21,271 nt of DNA from Chiloscyllium plagiosum. Taxonomy: Eukaryota. A program made the position numbers and the translations under genes. The DNA lies in contig NC_057719.1 in NCBI RefSeq assembly GCF_004010195.1, positions 15,868,844-15,890,114 on the forward strand, written 5' to 3'. The notes below the pieces were generated by a model that was given only the letters and a program-made list of their open reading frames with translations, was not told the DNA's origin and made no database searches. How positions within the stretch are numbered: position 1 is the first letter of the stretch; each line of letters begins with the position of its first letter. This document shows positions 10,500 to 19,432 of this stretch, piece after piece.

Positions 10500-11020
10500 G
10501 GACTTTAATAAAAACCCACATTATCTCTAACAGCCTGGTGTGGCCCGGTTGAAAGGCAAGCGGGAAATAGATATTAACTACAGATCACAAGAAGGCTGGA
10601 TGGGTGTCACGATACTTCACACTGTCATGAAATCAAGTAGCCTACCACCTGGAGCATCGGCACAGCCAGCGGAATTACAGGTCTGACTGCAGAACAGCAG
10701 AGGATCAATCTGCCAACTTTTGCAAAGACTCCTGCTAGGCTGCTAAATGTCTTCTTACGAGTGATGTCCTATTGTCCCATTGCAAAATACTAACCGATGC
10801 TGTTAAGTTCTGCTTCCTCATAGGTATCGGCTGCCTGGAAAGACCCGGTGGAGGGAGGTCATGATATCGTACTAGTGGGTTCTTGTGAAAAATATGCACA
10901 TTGAACCTTTTGGCACGAAGTGGGAAGGATCTTATCAGATGCTACTGATCACCCAGTTGGCTGTTAAGGTCTGAGGGAAGAAGGCCAGGATTCACACCTC
11001 CTACATCAAAAAGGCATCCC
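10500..11020 (+). pseudogene. Collapsed ERV pol: RT N-terminus, RNase H piece and integrase C-terminus
   Basis: SNSLVWP..KASGK*ILTTDHKK (RT NSPVWPVxK..GKWRLTxDY-like, about 10525-10593) is joined directly to KSSSLPPGASAQPAELQ (RNase H SAQxAEL, about 10630-10680). EPFGTKWEGSYQMLLITQLAVKV*GKKARIHTSYIKKA (integrase C-terminal GPY/F region) follows at about 10903-11016. Confidence 0.82.
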
Positions 11021-11189
11021 ACAATACAGCACGACCAGAGACTGACTGACCACCATGATGTTTATTATTGTTATTCTAACTGTACATGCTTTCTTGTTTG
11101 TAAAATACATTTGCCAACAAGAACCATCCCCAATTACTAGCCATGTTCTAGCAAGCACCTCCAACATCTAAAAGAACCAAATGATATTT

Positions 11190-11495
11190 TTTTTTTAGAT
11201 TACATTACAGTGTGGAAACAGGCCCTTCGGCCCAACAAGTCCACACCGACCCGCTGAAGCGAAACCCACCCATACCCCTACATTTACCCCTTACCTAACA
11301 CTACGGGCAATTTAGCATGGCCAATTCACCTGACCCTGCACATCTTTGGACTGTGGGAGGAAACCGGAGCACCCGGAGGAAACCCACGCAGACAACGTGC
11401 AAACTCCACACAGTCAGTCACCTGAGGCGGGAATTGAACCCGGGTCTCAGGCGCTGTGAGGCAGCAGTGCTAACCACTGTGCCACCGTGCCGCCC
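11190..11495 (-). mobile_element. tRNA-derived V-SINE (HE1-type) with CR1-like tail
   Basis: The minus strand begins GGGCGGCACGGTGGCACAGTGGTTAGC (A box) and has the B box GGTTCAATTCC. It carries the V-SINE core (GCGTGGGTTTCCTCCGGGTGCTCCGGTTTCCTCCCACA) and a 3' end GGGCCGAAGGGCCTGTTTCC resembling the local CR1 tails. Confidence 0.93.
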
Positions 11496-11555
11496 ACAAT
11501 ATATTTAAGTAATGATAAGAAGTGAGTGATTCTCTTCGAAAGATCTTGGTAGAAT

Positions 11556-11567
11556 AAAAAGGGGGGA
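11556..11567 (+). other. ERV polypurine tract
   Basis: AAAAAGGGGGGA followed by C and then TG (LTR start at 11569). Confidence 0.85.
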
Positions 11568-11686
11568 CTGAGAGATATTGTAGGTCCTTTCACTAATCCA
11601 CTCACAAGCGCTTTATATTTACACATTCATAACTCCTTTACTAACGCACTTCATAACACCGCTTCAAAGCTTCCTATTATAACACG

Positions 11687-13552
11687 TTAAAAATCACACA
11701 ACACCAGATTATAGTCCAACAGGTTTAATTGGAAGCATTAGCCTTCAGAGCACTGCTCCTTCATCAGGTGGCTGTGGAGTATAAGATTGTAAGACACAGA
11801 ATTTTTAGCAAAAATTTACAGTGTGATGTAATTGAAAATATATATTGAAAAATACCTGGATTATTTGTTAAGTCTTTCATCTTTTAGAATGACCATGTTG
11901 GTTTCAGTTCTTTCATATGTAAATTGAAACATTTTTTAAAAAAGTTACATTCTCAAGTGAACTTTAACAATTGGTGTCTGTCAGCCCAGATAATGTATTG
12001 AAGGTGTGAGCTTCCCTGTGTGATACTGTCTGTGCCACAATGTTGAAAAAAGGAATCTTACATGGATTCATGCGCAAAGTAAAATGTAACTCTGCAAGTA
12101 CAAATTCACCCCACAAGTGTGTGTGTGTGTGTACATAGTGCAATGAAGTCACATGTAGTGTGACACGAACCCAAGGTCCCGGTTGAGGCCATCCCTATGG
12201 GTAACGAACTTGACTATCAGCCTCTGCTCGGCCACTTTTCATTGCTGCCTACCCTGATGTAGGATAGTCACCCGAAGGTCCGATGTCAAATGTGCCAGAC
12301 TACTGAAGTGTTTTCTGAGTGGGAGGGAACACTCCTGTCTGTTGATTGTTGTGCGGTGCCCATTCATCCATTGCCATAGTCTGTACTCAGTCTCACCAAT
12401 GTACCATGCCTCAGGACATCCTTGCCTGCAGCATATGAGATAGACAACATTGGCTGAGTCATATGAGTACCTGCCACGTATATGGTGGGAGGTGTCCTCA
12501 CATGTAATGGTGGTATCCATATCCACACTCTTACACATTTTGCAACATCTACCATGACAGGGTTGTGTGGAGTTGTCCTGAAAGCTGGGCAGTTTGCTAC
12601 GAACAATGATCTGTTTGAGGCTTGGTAGTTGTTTAAAGGCGAGTAGTGGAGGTGTGGGGAAGGTCTTGGTGAGGTGCTCATCCTCATTGATAATGTGTTG
12701 CAGGCTGCGTAGAACATGGCATAGTTTTTCGGCTCCTTGGAAGTATTGGACAATTAAGGGTACCCTGTTGATTGCAGCTCATATCTGTCTCCTGAGGAGG
12801 TCATTATGGTTCCTTGCTGTAGCACATCAGAACTGATGTTCGATGAGTTAAGCATCGTACCCGTTCTTATGAGGGCATCCTTGAATACTTCTAGGTGCCC
12901 GTCATGATCCTCCTCATCTGAACAGATCCTGTGTATATGCGTAGAGCTGCTGGAGATGTGCAGCATCGTGAGGTTATCTGTGGGTTTGCGGTAGAGTGAG
13001 GTGCTGAGGTGCCCATCCTTGAGGGAGATGTATGTGTCCAAGAATGAGACACATAGAGAGTAGTCCATGATGACTTTGATGATGGGATGAACCTCATTTA
13101 TCAGTGACTCCAGAGGAAGAAAATGTGTTAATGTACCTAGTGTATAGTGTTGGTTGGAGGTCCTGTGGAGAGAAGAAGTCTTGTTCGAACCTATGCATGA
13201 AAATGTTGGCATATTGGGGTGCAAAGTTTGTCCCCGTGGCTGTTCTATGTGTCTGGATGAAGAAGTGGTTGTCAAAGGTGAAGGCGTTGTGATTGAGGAT
13301 AAAGCGGATGAGTTGTAGGACAGTGCTTGGAGATTGGCAGTTATTGCCATTGAGTACTGAGGCTGTTGCCACGATGCCGTCATTGTGGGGGAGGCTGGTG
13401 TAGAGTGCAGAAACATTCATTGTGACGAGGAATATTCCCATTTTGACTGGTCCGTGGGTGCTGAGTTTCTGTAAGAAATCTGTCGTGTTGCAACAGAAGC
13501 TGAGGATCCCCTGTACAATGGGTTTTAAGATGCATTCGACATAGCACGTCCA
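11687..13552 (-). mobile_element. Penelope-like element, 5'-truncated (RT plus GIY-YIG endonuclease, frameshifted)
   Basis: ORF 13094-13579 (MNVSALYTSLPH, GTNFAPQYANIFM, YTRYIN), SFLD/LYRKPTD (ORF 12754-13416), and GIY-YIG NVVYLICC..C..WYIGET (ORF 12239-12538). (GT)n at about 12116-12132. TSD TATTATAACA(C/T)G at 11675-11686 and 13553-13564. Confidence 0.93.
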
Positions 13553-14198
13553 TATTATAACATGGTTCCATTCATTCATAAAACCATGGTTCTGTAGTAT
13601 ATTTTACTACAACAAGATAGGCCAAATTAAAACAATCCTTACAACTCATTACCAATCAAAACAACCCTTTCAACCCATTACTGCTTTCTCATACCTTCCA
13701 TCCTTATCAACCCTTGCTCCACTAAAGATTATAATATTAATCAGCCAACTGTCTATCATGCATGAATAGATTACAGAACACCAAACAGTTTCACCAATTA
13801 GTATGTACTTGTTAAATACCTTTTAACTGGGCCGCTATCCCTTTAAGAAAATAACAGTCAAATCAGTGCTTATATAAAATCGCATGAATGAATGAAACTC
13901 GCACTGGCGAATAGGTATAAATCTTACAACCTAGCTGCAGTAATCAGTTTAATATCCTTTATCCTTTTATTAAGTACAGATATAATTTCTAACTTATTTA
14001 GAGCATATAGGCCTAGTACTTTTACTAACATTTACTAACTTAAAAGACAAAATGACTAACACTTCTTAATTATGCAAGCAGACCAGACAGATAGTCTTAA
14101 TCCCATCAGTGGTAACAGCCACCATTTAAGTAATGTCTTCCCCAGGACAAAAGTCCCTCAAACCTTTGTGTTCCATAGATAAAATAATGTAATATCAT

Positions 14199-14970
14199 TG
14201 TTGTGGTTCTGTTCGCCGAGCTGGGAATTTGTGTTGCAGACGTTTCGTCCCCTGTCTAGGTGACATCCTCAGTGCTTGGGAGCCTCCTGTGAAGCGCTTC
14301 TGTGATCTTTCCTCCAGCATTTGTAGTGGTTTGAATCTGCTGCTTCTGGTTGTCAGTTCCAGCTGTCCGCTGCAGTGGTCGGTATATTGGGTCCAGGTCG
14401 ATGTGCTTATTGATTGAATCTGTGGATGAGTGCCATGCCTGGCTGTTCTCTATGTTTGGCTTGTCCTATAATAGTACCGTTGTCCCAGTCGAATTCATGT
14501 TGCTTGTCATCTGCGTGTGTGGCTACTAAGGATAGCTGGTCGTGTCGTTTCGTGGCTAGTTGGTGTTCATGGATACGGATCGTTAGCTGTCTTCCTGTTT
14601 GTCCTATGTAGTGTTTTGTGCAGTCCTTGCATGGGATAGCGACCAGCTATTATAGGACAAGCCAAACAGAGAACCGCCAGGGAATTCCCAGAGGCATGGC
14701 ACTCATCCACAGATTCAATCAATACGCACATCGACCTGGACCCAATATACCGACCACTGCAGTGGACAGCTGGAACTGACAACCGGAAGCGGCAGATTCA
14801 AACCACTACAAATGCCGGAGGAAAGATCACAGAAGAGCTTCACAGGAGGCTCCCAAGCACTGAGGATGTCACCTAGACAGGGGACAAAACGTCTGCAACA
14901 CAAATTCCCAGCTCGGCGAACAGAACCACAACAACGAGCACCTGAGCTACAAATCTTCTCTCAGACTTTG
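14199..14970. mobile_element. Penelope-like element 3' ends joined head-to-head (large inverted repeat)
   Basis: The minus arm (14199 to about 14634) encodes PCKDCTKHYIGQTGRQLTIRIHEHQ (GIY-YIG). The plus arm runs from about 14635 to 14970. The arms are near-identical over about 280 bp (mirror ORFs 14229+ and 14715-). Perfect 13-bp TSD AATGTAATATCAT at 14186-14198 and 14971-14983. Confidence 0.93.
14236..14275 (-). ncRNA. Minimal type I hammerhead ribozyme motif, intact core
   Basis: GCA-CUGAGGA-U-GUCACCU(AGAC)AGGGGAC-GAAAC-GUC-UGC: 3-bp stem I, stem II hairpin, palindromic ACGU stem III and GUC triplet. The mirror copy at 14857-14896 (+) has GAAA changed to AAAA. Confidence 0.8.
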
Positions 14971-15309
14971 AATGTAATATCATAGTGATGGAATTTTAAA
15001 ATATAGAACACCTGTGTATAAAGAGGCTACTGTAAGATCTGTATTTTGGGATTCTGCTGCCACCTCGAACTTACGCTACTGTGGTTGCTGAATAAAGAAG
15101 CTATTTTTGCCACTCTCTGACTTTGGCCCTTATTTGAACACAATCCCACAGTACTCTTTCAGCTTATTCTTTAATTAAGGTAAAATTGACTGATACAACC
15201 CATCCTTATCATGACAAAAGTCTGAAGCTATTTTAATTTTACAAAGCTAACACTTAAATGTATAACTGCCCCATGGAAAAATTTTCTTTATCCTTGCACT
15301 CACCCAATT

Positions 15310-15610
15310 CTCTGGTTCCCCATTCCTTCTTCTCTTCTTAAAATACTCTGTCCCTCTCTGCCATCCTAATCATTTCCTCAATCCTTCTGTCAATTCTTAT
15401 TCACTTCACACTTCCTTTCTGTCTTCTTTTGGCCTCACACTCCTTACCATTACGTGCCTTGTATTCCCATCTCTTCTTTCATTCTCCTAATTCACAGTAC
15501 CTCTTTCTCCAACCCTCCCTCTTCCATCTTCACTTTCTCTCTTCTCTTCATTTACTCTCTTAGCTCCTCTACATTACTACCAGGCCTTTTCCGTCCAACT
15601 CTGTTTATTC
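15310..15610 (+). repeat. Pyrimidine-rich (C/T) low-complexity tract
   Basis: About 300 nt strongly skewed to C and T, with no clear period. Confidence 0.6.
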
Positions 15611-16341
15611 TGTAAGGGACCTTTGGTTTTGACTGGTTGCATTCTTGAAAATCTTAAAGATTTTGATGGGTGTTTTCCTACTTTAATTCTAAAATCTCAC
15701 TGGAAGAATTGCAGAATCCATAAAGGAATTGCATAATTGGCTGTTTACACCATTTCTCTGCAGTTCTGAACATTTTACATTGATTTTGTAGTAGCAGATC
15801 TAGCAAGTTCGTGTGATCTTTGATAATATCTCTATTTACATTTTACCTGCAAAATTTACTTGCAATTTTGGCATAACTTTGTGTCACCTAGTCCATTATC
15901 CATTTTGGTATCCACATTTAAAATGGAGATTGCCTGAGTTAATTGTATATGTACAATTTGGAACTGTAAGACCTAAACTTCTGATTTATTTCTCCTAGCC
16001 TGGACGTCAGATTGAATACTACAGAAGCAAGCTTTTGCCTTTAAAACAACAGACTTTATCAAAGGTGTGTAGATCTTAGAATTTGAAAATTAATATTATT
16101 ACTTGTGTGCGGTTTGGCGAGTAAGGGATAATGTAAATCAAACAGATGTAATTAATAATGTAATTATGAGTTGAACAGAACACTCAGAGCAAGTCTAAAA
16201 TGGAGACTGCGAGAAATTGTAATCTACAATAGTCTGTAATAACATATTTAGTGTAAATATAAGGTTGGAATTACTTCACCATGATTATGTCCAGATTCTG
16301 GAAGGGTACAGCATATAAACCCAGCCTGTAGAACCTACAAA

Positions 16342-17178
16342 GGAGAAAATGAGGAATGCAGATGCTGGAAATCAGAATTGAAAAGTGTGGCGCTGGAAAA
16401 ACACAGCAGGTCAGGCAGCACCCAAGGTGCAGGAAAGTTGCCGTTTCAGGCATAAACCCTTCATCAGAAATATAAGAGGAGAAAACTCCATCTGCCACTC
16501 CTCAGCCCAGTGTGTGATATTACCACCACCTCACCTTCCCTGTTTAATTTTACAATACCCTCCCCATCTCCAGGAGGCCTGCACACTCCGGCCTTGATTT
16601 TCACAAAGACCCTGAGCTTGGTTTGCCTTGTGTGGTTAGGGGAAGGAGGAACAGATTGCAGACACAGTCAGTGGGGTGGGGAGGCTAGACAGTAATCAGC
16701 TGCCTGGTATCATTTCATGGTTTTAGGAAGAGGGCAGTCACACATGAGAATTGGGTAATACTGATCGGTGCTTTGTGGGCTTTCTCTGTCTCTGGTGTTC
16801 AATAATATGGGTTGGGATATCTGGTCAGCATGGATGGGTTGGACCGAAGGGTCTGTTTCCATGCTGTATATCTCTATGACTCTATGACTCTAAGAACCTC
16901 TTAAAGGTGGGATTCCTTTGAAGAGGCTTTGCAGTAAGGTTACAATGCCTAGGAGAAAATGAGGACTGCAGATGCTGGAGATCAGTCGAAAAGTGTGGCG
17001 CTGGAAAAGCAGAGTAGACCAGGCAGCATCCAACGAGCAGGAGAGTCGACATTTCAGGCATAAGCCCTTCATCAGGAATGTCACGTTCCTGATGAAGAGC
17101 TTATGCCCGAAATGTCGACTTTCCTGCTCCTCAGATGCTGCCTGACCTGTTGTGCTTTTCCAGTGCCACATTTTTCAA
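16342..17178 (-). mobile_element. Composite non-autonomous PLE-type insertion: hammerhead-bearing direct repeats flanking non-coding cargo, plus an inverted partial copy
   Basis: Direct repeats at 16342-16470 and 16952-17079, inverted partial copy at 17086-17178. The whole unit is flanked by a 16-bp TSD, CTGTAGAACCTA(C/T)AAA, at 16326-16341 and 17179-17194. Confidence 0.8.
16808..16891 (+). mobile_element. CR1 3' tail fragment inside the composite
   Basis: TGGGTTGGGATATCTGGTCAGCATGGATGGGTTGGACCGAAGGGTCTGTTTCCATGCTG...(CTATGACT)2 matches 3676-3756. Confidence 0.88.
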
Positions 17179-17204
17179 CTGTAGAACCTATAAAATCCTC
17201 CTCA

Positions 17205-17630
17205 TAATGCCTGGGAGATTGTGCCAAAATTGGGAGAATTGTCCCACAAATTAGCTCAGCAACACCTGACTTGGTAAATTCACAGAATTATACCTTACAG
17301 ACAATGCCTTAGAAATCACCTCCATCTTCCCTGGGTATGTCCTGTCTCACCAGCAAGATAGACCCATCAGAGGTAGCAGCATGGCAGTATACAGTGAGAC
17401 TCCTCAATGTTATTATGGGTACTCATGTACATCTCATGGCATTGACTCAAACATGAGTTGCTGATTACCACCTACAGCCCCTATGCTGCCCTACCACAAT
17501 GTTGCCACCACCCCCAAGCTGGTGAATTAGTAAACCAAATAAACACCAAATGGAAAAAATACATATTGCACTGTGAGTGAGGAACTTCAGTGTCCATTAA
17601 TAAGAGTGCCTTGGAAGTACCACGACTGAT
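17205..17630 (+). mobile_element. Decayed LINE AP-endonuclease fragment (CR1/L2 group)
   Basis: Frame-broken translation: VPKLGELSHKLAQQH...TELYLTDNA...IFPGYVLSHQQDRPIRGSSMAVYS...LLITTY, resembling the N-terminal TE/GY/DR..RGGG motifs of LINE APE domains. Confidence 0.7.
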
Positions 17631-17647
17631 CAAGTTTTCCCAGTCCT

Positions 17648-17757
17648 GAAGAACATAAAAAACAAGGAAGTGCTGGAGAAACTCAGCAGGTCTGGCACCT
17701 TCTGTGGAGAATGAAACGGGGTTAATGTTTTGAATACAATATAATTCTTCTTCAGAC
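17648..17757 (-). mobile_element. Old short PLE-terminus-derived repeat
   Basis: TGCTGGAGAAACTCAGCAGGTCTGGC core, related to the 16342/16951/21145 repeats. It ends in CTTCTTCAG (CUGAAGA on the minus strand) with a decayed hammerhead. Confidence 0.65.
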
Positions 17758-18332
17758 AAGCAAAGGCATTCATGGAGATTAAAGAAATCTGTATTTCTTG
17801 TGATATATTTACACACCGCAGTCCACAACTGCTCAAACATAGTGGTAGCAGATGTACCTTCTACAGGGCTAGAAGCCATACTCTCGAAACTTCAAGATGA
17901 TGTCAAAAGAAACATACATTACTTTGCCTCTAGATCTTTAATAGAGACAGAATCATAATATTCAATCAATAAGAAAGAAGCTTTGGTTGTATTGTGGGTG
18001 TGAGAAAAAAGTTCTGATTGTATTATTGAGTTACGATTTAAGGTACAGTCAGACCACAAATCTTTTGATTGTATCTAAGTTTTAAAGAAATTGCCAAGAT
18101 GTTACTTTGAGATTAATGAGATAAAATTCAACATTAGGGTATGTGTCAGGAGAGGCACGACATTTGCAGGCACTCTGTGATGAGCTTCAGTTGATGTAAC
18201 TGAAGAACAAGATGTCTCACTCATTTCAGAGATGAAAGCTAATTTTTCCACATTGGCCAAAACTTTCCCATCTTCACAGAACATGACTAGCTAAAAGTGA
18301 GAAGCACAAGTGAAGATGGTGAACAAGTCACT

Positions 18333-18549
18333 GTTAAAAATCACACAACACCAGGTTATAGTCCAACAGGTTTAATTGGAAGCACTAGCCTTCGGAGCGC
18401 TGCTCCTTCAACAGGTGGTTGTGGAGTACACAATTGGAAGACACAGAATTTATAGCAAAAGTTTACAGTATGATGTAACTGAAATTATACATTGAAAAAT
18501 ACCTTGATTGTTTGTAGAGTCTCTCATCTGTTAGAATGACCATGATATT
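18333..18549 (-). mobile_element. PLE 3'-end fragment (same family as 11687-11900)
   Basis: Colinear with 11686-11900 (GTTAAAAATCACACAACACCAG...TTAGAATGACCATG). It carries a mutated hammerhead at 18384-18417. Confidence 0.88.
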
Positions 18550-18561
18550 TCACTTCTAGGC

Positions 18562-18785
18562 TAAAAATCAACACCAGGTTATCGTCCAACAGGTTTAATT
18601 GGAAGCACACTAGCTTTTGGAGTGTCGCTCCTTCATCAGGTGATAGTAATCGTCAGCTACCACCTGATGAAGGAGCGATGCTCCGAAAGCTAGTGTGCTT
18701 CCAATTAAAACTGTTGGACTATAACCTGGTGTTGTGTGATTTTTGACTTTGTACACCCCAGTTCAACACCGGCATCTCCAAATCA
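18562..18785. mobile_element. Short palindromic PLE-end insertion
   Basis: Minus arm 18562 to about 18645 and plus arm from about 18658 to 18785. 12-bp TSD TCACTTCTAGGC at 18550-18561 and 18786-18797. Confidence 0.88.
18661..18695 (+). ncRNA. Minimal hammerhead ribozyme motif, intact core
   Basis: CAC-CUGAUGA-A-GGAGC(GAU)GCUCC-GAAAG-CUA-GUG, with palindromic AGCU stem III and a CUA triplet. Confidence 0.78.
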
Positions 18786-19280
18786 TCACTTCTAGGCAGC
18801 TTGCTTGAATATGTTCAAACAACAATGCTTTGAGGAATGCAAACACTAGTAGATAACTTGTTAGTTTGCTATGAGTGGTAATTCTAATACTTATTAGAGA
18901 CAAGATCCTCCAGAGATTCCATGGAGGCATCACAAAATGCAGAGTAAAAGCACACCTTTTGGTATGATGGCCTGCAAACAACCATAAAAAATATTATTAC
19001 AGAATGATATGATTAAGCCACAGATAGTATAATAGCAACTGAACCTTTGATGCCATCAACCCTTCCAGCTAGATCTTAATTTATTTGACTCCAGAGGGAA
19101 AACGTACATCCTCGTTGTTGGTAATGTTTTTCTTTAGATGGAGTTTAGTAGACTTCATTCCACAACAGCAGATGCTGTGACAAAAACAGAATCTCTTATA
19201 GGTCTGAGCAGCATAGTCTATGGCAGAATTTGTGACAGAATCAGGCCAAAGATCCAGAGAGGTCTATCTGGATCTTTTCT

Positions 19281-19432
19281 CATACAACACCAGGCTATAG
19301 TCCAACAGGTTTATTTGAAGTCACAAGCTTTCGGAGCGCTACTCCTTCATCAGGTGAAGTGACTTCACTTGACGAAGGGGCAGCGCTCAAATAAATCTGT
19401 TGGACTATAACCTGGTGTAGTGTGACTTCTGA
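19281..19432. mobile_element. Short palindromic PLE-end insertion
   Basis: ACACCAGGCTATAGTCCAACAG...CTTCATCAGGTGAAGT is followed by its inverted, internally deleted copy ACTTCACTTGACGAAG...CTGTTGGACTATAACCTGGTGT. No clear TSD. Confidence 0.82.
19322..19356 (-). ncRNA. Minimal hammerhead ribozyme motif, intact core
   Basis: CAC-CUGAUGA-A-GGAGU(AGC)GCUCC-GAAAG-CUU-GUG. Confidence 0.72.

Larger units (their letters stand above)
6518..15150 (+). mobile_element. Old endogenous retrovirus-like provirus, internally deleted and carrying at least five later insertions
   Basis: Homologous LTR segments (6560-6785 vs 13810-13900 plus 15017-15150), PBS 6789-6806, PPT 11556-11567, and gag/PR/RT/RNase H/IN remnants in retroviral order. 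Confidence 0.85.
11569..15150 (+). repeat. ERV 3' LTR (about 920 bp after removing two PLE insertions)
   Basis: Starts TGAGAGAT after the PPT and ends ATCCCACA (imperfect inverted ends). The pieces are 11569-11686, 13565-14198 and 14984-15150. TATAAA at 15017 and AATAAA at 15091. Confidence 0.82.

Noticed and set aside
11420..11495. tRNA-like A and B boxes
   Set aside because: This is the head of the V-SINE, continuous with the SINE core and tail, not a tRNA gene.
11178..11506. TSD around the SINE (ATATTT at both ends)
   Set aside because: The match is short, AT-rich and merges with a poly-T run, so it is not reliable.
14229..14903. Twin 62-aa ORFs (MCCRRFVPCLGD...) on opposite strands as duplicated small genes
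   Set aside because: They are antisense readings of the two arms of the PLE inverted repeat.
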